From a virus, in IMG/VR virus record IMGVR_UViG_3300023082_000010, positions 28,421-92,420 of that record: a DNA stretch of 64,000 nt, one strand, 5' to 3'. Position numbers and translations under genes: made by a program. Below the pieces are notes generated by a model, which was not told where the DNA came from, searched no databases, and saw only the letters and a list, made by a program, of their open reading frames with translations. Below, piece after piece: positions 27,881 through 36,303 of the stretch. Every line of letters begins with the position of its first letter. Positions within the stretch are counted from its first letter, which is position 1.

Positions 27881-28614
27881 ACTTGCACCAGTTTAATCCT
27901 TTTAGTTCTTGGAGTTTTTGAGGCTGCTGATTTGTTTTCAAACTCAGTAGCGAAAATACAAGCTTCTCTAGAATAAACTTTATTACCTTCAAATTTAAGA
28001 TCTTTGTCTAAATTATAAGGGCTTGTACCGAGCTGTTTAGCTTCCAACCAAGAATCAAAATTATCTAAACTGGAGATGTCTGAAAGAAAGTTAGCAAAAC
28101 AATGCCACCTCGTATCTACGAAACATTTGCCAAAATACCCATGAGCATCTTTAGGATTATAACAACGCTTCATCATATTTGACCAAAGCTGCTTAGCTTG
28201 TTTCCAATAAGGCAGAAGCTCATACTCTCCTAAATAACCAATCCCAAGAAAGGTTTTGCTATAAGGATCGGATATTTTACCCATCCGTACATTATCAATG
28301 TGTACTTCTGCTGTGTAGCCTGTATCATAGAATTGAACTACGCACTTCTTGGACTTCTTACTAATAATTTTTCCACTGTATCCAGCATTATTAGTAAACT
28401 CTTCGTCCCAAGGTTGCCAGTCGTGAGCTGTACATTTTGGTACGCTAAAGTCTCTAACCTTACCAGCAAGTACATTGCCAGCGTCAGCTGTTGTTTCATA
28501 ACCTGTAGTAACAAATCTTAAATGTAGTTTTCGGCCATCTCGACCAATAACTTCCATAATTCCGTAGCCATTCGACTCGTAAAACTGATCATAAATTTTT
28601 CTTACATTAGCCAT
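27877..28614 (-). CDS. Free-standing HNH-type (DKD-variant) endonuclease with two N-terminal repeats
   Basis: WSNMMKRCY, RWHCFANF, LDKDL..GNKVYSREACIFAT..N; duplicated (S/T)N.YG...V.F..TGY.......G.(V/I).D unit. Confidence 0.75.
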   Translation of the reverse strand: MANVRKIYDQFYESNGYGIMEVIGRDGRKLHLRFVTTGYETTADAGNVLAGKVRDFSVPKCTAHDWQPWDEEFTNNAGYSGKIISKKSKKCVVQFYDTGYTAEVHIDNVRMGKISDPYSKTFLGIGYLGEYELLPYWKQAKQLWSNMMKRCYNPKDAHGYFGKCFVDTRWHCFANFLSDISSLDNFDSWLEAKQLGTSPYNLDKDLKFEGNKVYSREACIFATEFENKSAASKTPRTKRIKLVQV

Positions 28615-28653
28615 GTGAATTCTCCCATGCTAGTTAGTTAGATTTTAAACTTC

Positions 28654-28998
28654 TTATTTCTTCTCAAAACTTTCTTCATACTGTCGAATAAGCTGTGCTC
28701 TGTCGCGACCACTAATGCCACGTTCTTTACAGACAGCTTTCAACTTATCCCATTCAAATTCTTCAAGCTGCTCTTTACTATACTGCAACTCAACAGGATA
28801 CACCCGAACACCATTCACCATGTCATCTTCAAGAAACTCTTCAGTTTCAACGTTCAGCATGACTTTATTCGGAAAGGTATTTTTGGTTGGATAACTGCTG
28901 TCAATCGTAGCACCGAGGTTAGCGAACCGTACCACATTCTCAAGAAATTTAATCCCTGAGCTATCTGTTGCTTTAAGCTCTACTTTATAAGTATTCAC
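28654..28998 (-). CDS. Conserved phage protein with C-terminal HeH/Rho-N-like helix pair
   Basis: YSKEQLEEFEWDKLKAVCKERGISGRDRAQLI. Confidence 0.55.
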   Translation of the reverse strand: MNTYKVELKATDSSGIKFLENVVRFANLGATIDSSYPTKNTFPNKVMLNVETEEFLEDDMVNGVRVYPVELQYSKEQLEEFEWDKLKAVCKERGISGRDRAQLIRQYEESFEKK

Positions 28999-29031
28999 TG
29001 TTCGTTTCGCCTTTCTAATGTCTATATGAGT

Positions 29032-29060
29032 ATATTACTGAGAAAGGTCAATTCTGTCAA
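29032..29060 (-). promoter_or_regulatory. sigma70-like promoter upstream of the terL/head module
   Basis: TTGACA-17-TAATAT. Confidence 0.6.
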
Positions 29061-29140
29061 TAGATATTTTCAATTAAGTTAAAGTATTTTAATAAGAACC
29101 TCTATATTGCAAGAGGCTCCTATAAATCACCTTATTTTAA

Positions 29141-31273
29141 TTACAACAGCACTTCCTGTGCTGATTGAAACGCATACGTTGGTGTTCCGGTTACGTTTGC
29201 CGTTCTCAACCTTACAAACTTACCTGCGGGAATAATACCTGCAAGGTTTGCTGTGCCAAGATTTGTAATACTCAGAACACCGCCTGTAGAATTACCAGAA
29301 GATGCTACTACCGTAACCCCTGTAGTAAAGCCAACCTCGTTAGCATATTCAAGATAAACCCTACCACTTGTGCCACCAATCAAAATAGCTTGAACAGTGA
29401 TATCCACGGAATACACCACTTGACTATCTCGTGTACTGCTCACTTGAAATGCTGTGTTTAATGTTCTTGTAGGGTTTGTAAATACACGAGCTTGAGGAAG
29501 GCTTGTTAATGGTGCCTTAGCATCCAATGCAGACTGCAACGCTGTCACGTCTGCAATAACATGTGTATGAGCAGACGGTGGGAAGCTTGTAGGCTTGCCA
29601 GTTAGACTTGCATACGTTCCATCAAACAATACTGGCTTATTTGTAAGGTCAGTGTAACTTCCACTAAATAATGTTGGCTTCCCTGTCAGATCCGAATATA
29701 CACCACTGAACAATACAGGCTTATTGATCAAGTCTGTATAAGACCCTGAAAACAGTGACGGCTTATTCAGTATCTGTGCAGCACCTGATGTCGCATTCCA
29801 ATCACTCTGAACCTGTGCAGCAGGGATAATCGGAAAAGTTACTACAGATCCATCGCCCCGAAGATATTCAGTTGTAAATCCTGTTGGTGAATTAAACTTA
29901 CCGGCTAATAGGTTATTCAAGGATTGTGTAGTGGTGTAGTTACCTAGTGTCGAAGTAACACTTGCTGTTGTAGCATATCCACTCAAAGCCGCTGTAGATA
30001 CTTTGCTATCAAGAGTGTTTTGAAGATTGGTAACATCACTAATGGCATGTGTGTGACTTGTGGGAGCTGCACCAACATCTATGTTCGTTAGAACAACAGT
30101 TCCAGTCTTACCATTAACAGACACAACAGGGAAAGTTACGTTTGTAAGATATCCACTATCATTAGTGAGTTGTGATGTCTTGGTGACAGCTGAAGGAATA
30201 ATTGGTTGGTTGGTCAAATCAGTGTAGCTACCTGAAAACAGAACAGGTTTTCCACTTAGATCAGAATAAGCGCCAGAGAACAGATTAGGTTTATTTGTCA
30301 GATCATTATAGCTGCCTGAAGTAGCAACTGTTGCCAGCCCACCTAGTCCACTATTTGCAGCTTGAATACCGCTTGTTAGTGCTGATAATTGATCAGTTAA
30401 ACCGTTTACTTCGGATATGCTGTGAGTGTGTTGACTTGGAACAAAGGACGCTGGAACACCCGTTAAATCTGCATACTTTCCAGAGAATGGTGTAGCCATT
30501 GTACTAATTTGTGTTTGAAGATTTGCCACATCATTGGCATCAGCAACACCAACAAAATAACCTTCTTGCAGCCAAGCTGATATCGCGGGAACTCCATTGG
30601 TTCCTGACAAAGCAATATTATCCCCCTGAATATCATAGGCCAATACTGTGCCAGCTTGGAAGATTAATGCAGTATCTTGAAAATCAATTAAATTATCACC
30701 AACCTCAAAGGTTGTACCACCCTCTCCAGTCAACCATGCAGACTTACTAGGGAAATACTTTACAACAATGCCACTCACCTTATCCATGATACGCAGACGA
30801 ACATTATTCATCTGTTGTGTTGCATTAAAGCTTAGTGTATTAGTACGAGCCGTAAGACGTGTCGTGTATTCAAAATGTAAAGGGTTTGTTGTGATGACTG
30901 TATTGCCTGCCGAAGCTTGAAATTTCTTCTGAGCTTCGATCAGTTTAAAATAATATGGCTTAGATGATGCGGATGTTCTTGGAACTGCATAATCTACAAG
31001 TTGGTATTTGATACCATCAACCATGTTTTCAAATGCAAGGAAACCCGCTGATTCTGATAGTCGTAAAACATCACCAAAATCAATACTGCCTGATTCTACA
31101 GAAAACCCCACAGGAGCCAAAAGGCTTCCTGATGTCAGCATTCTCAGGCCAGAGCTTTGTAGTGTCCCATCTGGAGCTTTATAGGGTACTTCAAAAGTTT
31201 CTAAGTTATCCAGATTTACACCACTGTCACCAGTGATAACCGTAACAGCATTCTTGCTAGGTATGATAGCCAT
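29141..31273 (-). CDS. Fibre-like virion protein with tandem 14-aa repeats
   Basis: Repeated LFSGSYTDLTNKP units, HTH.I.DV..LQ motifs, VVSVNGKTG. Confidence 0.7.
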   Translation of the reverse strand: MAIIPSKNAVTVITGDSGVNLDNLETFEVPYKAPDGTLQSSGLRMLTSGSLLAPVGFSVESGSIDFGDVLRLSESAGFLAFENMVDGIKYQLVDYAVPRTSASSKPYYFKLIEAQKKFQASAGNTVITTNPLHFEYTTRLTARTNTLSFNATQQMNNVRLRIMDKVSGIVVKYFPSKSAWLTGEGGTTFEVGDNLIDFQDTALIFQAGTVLAYDIQGDNIALSGTNGVPAISAWLQEGYFVGVADANDVANLQTQISTMATPFSGKYADLTGVPASFVPSQHTHSISEVNGLTDQLSALTSGIQAANSGLGGLATVATSGSYNDLTNKPNLFSGAYSDLSGKPVLFSGSYTDLTNQPIIPSAVTKTSQLTNDSGYLTNVTFPVVSVNGKTGTVVLTNIDVGAAPTSHTHAISDVTNLQNTLDSKVSTAALSGYATTASVTSTLGNYTTTQSLNNLLAGKFNSPTGFTTEYLRGDGSVVTFPIIPAAQVQSDWNATSGAAQILNKPSLFSGSYTDLINKPVLFSGVYSDLTGKPTLFSGSYTDLTNKPVLFDGTYASLTGKPTSFPPSAHTHVIADVTALQSALDAKAPLTSLPQARVFTNPTRTLNTAFQVSSTRDSQVVYSVDITVQAILIGGTSGRVYLEYANEVGFTTGVTVVASSGNSTGGVLSITNLGTANLAGIIPAGKFVRLRTANVTGTPTYAFQSAQEVLL

Positions 31274-31560
31274 TAGTCAAAAACCTGAATAAACATTTTA
31301 CCATTTCCTTTAGCCCAAACTCTGGAGCCAACAGGAACCTTATTAATAGTTGTCCATTCACCACCTGCTGCCGTACCTATACCATTCAACTGCCATCCAT
31401 CAATCGATGCAGCCGTGGGCGTACTTGCTCTAATCTGAATATAAATTGCATTACTACTTTTATTTTTTACTACAAGATCACTCTGTGGAGCAATACCTGA
31501 TGCAGCATAGACATCTAACCAAACACCACTTATAAGTGTGAGATCTGGGATTGTATCCAT
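31273..31560 (-). CDS. Small beta-rich virion-associated protein (start MDTIPD)
   Basis: AAAGGTG SD before the ATG at 31560; coupled to the fibre gene. Confidence 0.55.
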   Translation of the reverse strand: MDTIPDLTLISGVWLDVYAASGIAPQSDLVVKNKSSNAIYIQIRASTPTAASIDGWQLNGIGTAAGGEWTTINKVPVGSRVWAKGNGKMFIQVFD

Positions 31561-31710
31561 TTGTAAACACCTTTTTGTTATTTTATTTTTAGGTGTCTTT
31601 TTTCGAGGTATTATAGCCACAGACAGACAAACAGTGGCTTCTATATTTAACAGCCTCGCCTGTTCTAAATCTGTTTAGAATGTATGGGCTTCCCTGCCCC
31701 TTAATGCTCT

Positions 31711-34281
31711 TCAGCTATTCAACGCAGCCGAGGTGATAGGCATATCCTCGGCAGCCAATTCAATATGGCCTTGTGTCTGAGGGTGTAGCCCATCATTGGT
31801 GTAAACACGAGGTGTGCTGGACGATACTTTCCATTTGTGTACATCTGTGCCACGAACAGCATTGCCGGGAAGGATATAATCAAACCCCGCATTATCAATC
31901 AGTGTGTTGTACTGATCAGCTTGTTGTCCCGTATTCCAGCCATATACAGTTGTCTGATCAGCTTCTGTCTGATAATTACCTGTACCATCTTGTGTGCAAA
32001 GCAGAAGATGTCTTACACCAATTGGAGACAGACTCTGTGCTTTAAAATCAGATACACGAAGCTTGAGCTGTTCAAACACTTGTTGTGCTGTAACACCATT
32101 ATCAGAGCCACGAGGAAGATCATTTGTGCCCAATGTACCAGCTTCAGCAAATGTTGACATACGTGCGTATTGCAATACACGCTCATCGTTCATGCCAGCA
32201 ACTGTCTTACCGCCCGGTACACAGAAGTTAAATCCTGCTGCTGGAACTGGAAGACTTGCAAGTTTACGCTGTGTAAAGCCAATACCAGAGACTGAGCCAG
32301 CACCACTATCACCAATACCTGCCGGGATAGAATCACCAATGAAGAATGCTACAGAAGGTGTTGAGCCTGTCACATACTTACCAAGAATATAAGGTGTGTA
32401 GCCTGCTGCAATAGAATCTGGGGCTGGACCTGATGTGACAGTGAATGCACCAGAGACATCTACACTTGAAAGTGTTGTGACAGATGGATCGTACACATAT
32501 ACTTTATCACGAGGGAATGCTGTAAGAAGACCACGAACACCAAATGGACACTGACCACCGTTAGGAAAGGCAAGCCTTACTTTAACATGAACCTGTGTGC
32601 CTGCTGGCAAACTATCTACACCAAATGCTGTAGGGATGGAAATAGGATTCATCATTACACCACCATGTCCGTCAGGTAGTGTAAAGGATCTTGTATTACC
32701 CGAAAAGAAGCATGGAACTGTAACACCTAATGCCTCAAAGGATACGTCCAATACAGGACGATCAGCACCTACGTTAGTCCCCATACCTGTGCTTTCACTT
32801 GTTACAATAAAGTTTGGAAGGCATAAGGTGATTTCATTAACTGGGGCACCGCCTGCAATAATACTTGTAAAGTCTGTTGCTACAACACGATTAGAGGATA
32901 CACCAAAGAGACTTGTGTAGACAGCATTCCAATATGTGACGCCCATTGTACGATTAGCTTGTGGGACATCTGCAAGGTCTTCTGCCCACGCTGTAACCCC
33001 ATCAATCTCAGCATCTGTAAGATCACGGTTAACAATTAATAGCCCTGCCACTGTGCTGTTGACACTATAGGATGTACCAATTGTCTGGTTGGAAAGAATC
33101 TGTGCCCCAACCCCTGCAATACTTTTAACAACTGTGACATTGCTCCCAAGAGCCGTCCCAAAGTTTACAGGAAGAGCATCATCAACACCATCTGCATAGA
33201 CATGGGCTGGAACGCTTCGATAACTTAAGCGATTGCCGCCTGTTTGCCTAGCATGGTTTCCTGCCACAGCTTGAATCGTGACATTAGCCCAAGATGATCC
33301 ACCGTTGCCATTACCAGCACTACCAATTGTCAGACGGGCTGTCTTGGTAGTTGGAACAGTGAAATAAACATTGCCTGTGTATGTACCACCATAAAGTGAT
33401 GGACGAATAACATCTTGCTCATCAAATCGGATAGCTAAATCTGTATCTCCGTAACCACCAAAGGTGCCCGATGCTTTGTAGAGCTGACCTGCAACACCTG
33501 CAAACGAGCCATTAAGCTGCGATTGGCTAAAGTTGTTATCAGCATTGCCTGTAGCATTTTCCAATACAGCGTTAGCACCAAGAGTGAGGCCTTTGGACTT
33601 ATCTAGCCACAAACCTACACCATCTCCCATTGCTGTGACAGGGCGTGCCCCATCAAAGTATTGGAAGAGAGTGGATGTATCAGATGCATCAAGCCACAAC
33701 CCACGTTCACCATCTGCAAACAACCCTTCCATTGTAAATGGGCCGGGATCAGTTGCTACAACAGCATTTGTGCTATAAAGCTTCCAGTGCTGTGCATCGG
33801 AGCTATAAGCTGGAACACCGCCCATGTCGCTGATAAAGACTGTCGTGTTTGGATGATCTGCTGCAAGGTAGGTGCTTTTAAGCTCAACAAGGGTTTTACT
33901 TAAAGGTGAGCTTGGGGCGATAGAATTGATAGCTTGTTGTACAGCTGTGCTGATAGGCTTGTTTAGATCTGATGTGTTGTCAACTTGAGATAAACCAATA
34001 TCAGATTTATCAAGGACAACTACTCCCGTCTCACCATTTACACTCTGAACACCTGATGTACCACTACCAACATCTCCCTTCTGAGCCAAAACACCCCAAT
34101 AACTAGTGTTGGTTGGAACGTGATTGATACCAGCAGAGATAGCAAGATAGCTAGACCCGTTATAACTTACAGCATCATCGATAGCGTAAGTTTGTGTAGG
34201 GTTGTAGACACCTTTCCAGATAATCCCCTTGTCACCTTTATCACCTTTGAAATATTGCCCTACAAATTCCACATCAATCAT
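31711..34281 (-). CDS. Multidomain fibre/spike protein with C-terminal SGNH/GDSL esterase
   Basis: KGDKGDKG, WKGVYNPTQTYAIDDAVSYNGSSY, VDNTSDLNKPIS, GLWLDASD; SGNH blocks FIGDSI / GTND / DGLHP. Confidence 0.75.
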   Translation of the reverse strand: MIDVEFVGQYFKGDKGDKGIIWKGVYNPTQTYAIDDAVSYNGSSYLAISAGINHVPTNTSYWGVLAQKGDVGSGTSGVQSVNGETGVVVLDKSDIGLSQVDNTSDLNKPISTAVQQAINSIAPSSPLSKTLVELKSTYLAADHPNTTVFISDMGGVPAYSSDAQHWKLYSTNAVVATDPGPFTMEGLFADGERGLWLDASDTSTLFQYFDGARPVTAMGDGVGLWLDKSKGLTLGANAVLENATGNADNNFSQSQLNGSFAGVAGQLYKASGTFGGYGDTDLAIRFDEQDVIRPSLYGGTYTGNVYFTVPTTKTARLTIGSAGNGNGGSSWANVTIQAVAGNHARQTGGNRLSYRSVPAHVYADGVDDALPVNFGTALGSNVTVVKSIAGVGAQILSNQTIGTSYSVNSTVAGLLIVNRDLTDAEIDGVTAWAEDLADVPQANRTMGVTYWNAVYTSLFGVSSNRVVATDFTSIIAGGAPVNEITLCLPNFIVTSESTGMGTNVGADRPVLDVSFEALGVTVPCFFSGNTRSFTLPDGHGGVMMNPISIPTAFGVDSLPAGTQVHVKVRLAFPNGGQCPFGVRGLLTAFPRDKVYVYDPSVTTLSSVDVSGAFTVTSGPAPDSIAAGYTPYILGKYVTGSTPSVAFFIGDSIPAGIGDSGAGSVSGIGFTQRKLASLPVPAAGFNFCVPGGKTVAGMNDERVLQYARMSTFAEAGTLGTNDLPRGSDNGVTAQQVFEQLKLRVSDFKAQSLSPIGVRHLLLCTQDGTGNYQTEADQTTVYGWNTGQQADQYNTLIDNAGFDYILPGNAVRGTDVHKWKVSSSTPRVYTNDGLHPQTQGHIELAAEDMPITSAALNS

Positions 34282-34620
34282 TTATGCCACCACAGAATTA
34301 GTAAGGAAAGTAATATCTTGGATGATATTGACAGAGATTGTAGAGGTGCTAATGACAACACCAAGAGGGCTTGTCAGTTGAATGTCAATTGAGGCATCCC
34401 CTACAGGCCATGCCGTTGTATCAAGGTGAGAGATACGAACAGTGCGTGTAGTAGCGGGATCAAGCCATTCAGGGGAAAGGTCAGCAATAAACGTCAAGTA
34501 GCGGGATGTACGGATTTGGGAGGATAGAGTCCATGATGCAAAGTATCCGTCACCAAATGTGGCGGGGAGGTTGATTAGCTCCGAGAGTGAATCCCCTCTT
34601 TTTATTGAGATTGAAGCCAA
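34282..34620 (-). CDS. BppU-like fibre-attachment/adaptor domain protein
   Basis: ISIKRGDS, WTLSSQIR, DIQLTSP.G...ST.TISVNI..DIT. Confidence 0.6.
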   Translation of the reverse strand: MASISIKRGDSLSELINLPATFGDGYFASWTLSSQIRTSRYLTFIADLSPEWLDPATTRTVRISHLDTTAWPVGDASIDIQLTSPLGVVISTSTISVNIIQDITFLTNSVVA

Positions 34621-34818
34621 TTGAAATTCCCCTTATTATAATAGTTGTGCCAGCGTCCACAATCTTAACCTGACCTGACAACTCTCCCTCTGCAAGATTC
34701 AAAGGGTTTCTCCGCAATCAACCGTCTTTCCGGTTTGTCATTTATTTTAGCTAACCGCCAGATTAGCTTATGAAGGTCTAGGCAAGATCTTCAATACCAA
34801 GCATCACTACTTGATTCT

Positions 34819-34856
34819 TTATAGGTCATTATAGACCAATTATAGAGTGATTATAG
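34819..34856. repeat. Four helically phased TTATAG hexamers
   Basis: TTATAG at 34819, 34829, 34840, 34851. Confidence 0.7.
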
Positions 34857-34884
34857 ACTAAGAACTCAGATATGAATAATAAGA

Positions 34885-35289
34885 TTACTCGTCTTCGTCA
34901 GGGTCTACATACACCAACGAAAGTCGGGGTTTGAGTTCAGATTTGATTTCTTCAGGAGTCTGTTCTTCAGGATCACGCTTACCTTCAAGACGTGCCTTGA
35001 AGTTAGAGATTTCATCGGCATTTGCGGCTTTTTCTACCGATACAAGTGATTGAATCACCCACTTGGCGCTCGCTACGCTGTCAGCGTTTACAGTCTCACT
35101 TTTCAGGCTCTTATCAATCAACTCCAATGCAATGTCTTCTCGCTGGCGTAGCTTATCCGCAAGATCACGCAATTTAGATTGTTTAATACGAACTTTCGAA
35201 TTACCTTTGGTATTTCTATTACTTTTTTCACCATCAAAACGGGTTGCCTTTTGGGCAGCCGTTTGTTTATCTTTTGTTGGACCAGCCAT
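34885..35289 (-). CDS. Putative terminase small subunit (start MAGPTKDK)
   Basis: Basic N-terminus (ATRFDG), helical core, acidic tail after RLSL; first gene upstream of the packaging/virion block; AAAGG SD. Confidence 0.45.
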   Translation of the reverse strand: MAGPTKDKQTAAQKATRFDGEKSNRNTKGNSKVRIKQSKLRDLADKLRQREDIALELIDKSLKSETVNADSVASAKWVIQSLVSVEKAANADEISNFKARLEGKRDPEEQTPEEIKSELKPRLSLVYVDPDEDE

Positions 35290-35356
35290 TATTAAATACC
35301 TTTGTGTTATACACTTGTTTAAAGCCATTCGGTTACAGAATAGATACTGTGGTGAC

Positions 35357-35560
35357 TAAGTGATGGAATGGACTTAAAGAAATGTCTTCCAGAGCGGGAG
35401 AGGGCACTTTGGAAGACACAATACCAATAATAGGAGGAGAGAAACCACTATTGGCGAGGAGCACATACCATATGTTATCGGAGGATTATAATTGTGGTAT
35501 GTGTAGGGAATTAGCCGGGGAGGTAGGATAATACATTTTCAGTCCTAGCCTCCCCGTAGC
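35357..35560. ncRNA. Array of five adjacent hairpins; GGA-rich on +, CU-rich anti-SD loops on -
   Basis: Stems at 35357-76, 35383-418, 35424-54, 35462-503, 35516-56; 12 GGA triplets in ~170 nt; no ORF. Confidence 0.55.
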
Positions 35561-35580
35561 TTATCTGAAGTTCACTTTAA

Positions 35581-35664
35581 GGTGGCAGTTAGTGGAGTTC
35601 GATATCCACATCTCTCAAGCCCATCTGACTGTAACTTGAGTGTCTTCGTTAGACGACCTTCGCC
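35581..35664 (-). ncRNA. tRNA-like element with 15-nt anticodon loop (degenerate tRNA)
   Basis: D-stem GTCT/AGAC, anticodon stem CTCAAG/CTTGAG, T-arm GTGGA-TATCGAAC-TCCAC, partial acceptor GGCG/TGCC-A-CC. Confidence 0.5.
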
Positions 35665-35802
35665 ATAAATAAATGCAGCGTGAAACTCATAAAGTCTTGG
35701 GAACGATATGAATCTCCTTGAAAGGCATCCTGTGCCAACTCCGCTTCAGCCCCAACAGCTTAAGCTCATTATTTTGACAAGTGCTACAAATCTTTTAAAA
35801 CT

Positions 35803-35879
35803 TGGTGGGTCCATCCAGACTTGAACTGGAAATCAACGAATTATGAGTTCGCTGCATTAACCAATTATGCTACAGACCC
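35803..35879 (-). tRNA. tRNA with CAU anticodon (Ile2-lysidine or elongator Met)
   Basis: Full cloverleaf GGGTCTG...GCGAA-CTCATAA-TTCGT...TCCAG-TTCAAGT-CTGGA-TGGACCC-A-CCA with encoded CCA. Confidence 0.92.
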
Positions 35880-36243
35880 TGAATTAGTTCCTAGCGTCTG
35901 CTAGGCTACGATGCAGTTACGTTTGAGTGGTATTTTCTCAAATAGAAAGGACGCACACACATCTTGTCTTGCACCATCACAAATCATATCAAAGATTTTA
36001 GTAGGAGAGAGCTTTGACTGTTTCTTGTAAAGACGACTTTATCAGAACTCGACTGCTCTACTTGATAATGGAGAACCAGACATTATCTTTCAGGCTGAAC
36101 ATCCTCGCGGGTAGTTCGCATTCTGACTTTTTAAACCTCTTGTTCTCACACTACACCGACAAACATATGGAAATCGATGGTGTTGCTCCATACAGCCAAG
36201 AGGAATTCTTTTCAGCCCAAAAGCCAAGGGCTTTGCGTCTCCT

Positions 36244-36271
36244 ATTATACGGCATTTCTATCAGTTGTCAA
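36244..36271 (-). promoter_or_regulatory. Consensus sigma70 promoter driving the non-coding/tRNA block
   Basis: TTGACA-16-TATAAT. Confidence 0.75.
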
Positions 36272-36303
36272 TACCTAATAGCGATATTGTATACATTTAT
36301 TTT

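Noticed and set aside
27771-27992. 73-aa ORF in the track overlapping the endonuclease end
   Set aside because: Wrong frame; the real coding sequence here is terL exon 1 (27791..27880)
36225-36243. GACGCAAAGCC on the minus strand resembles the c-di-GMP-I riboswitch core
   Set aside because: The required upstream GGCAAA-P2-GAAA arm is absent (that position is the promoter), so it is probably coincidental
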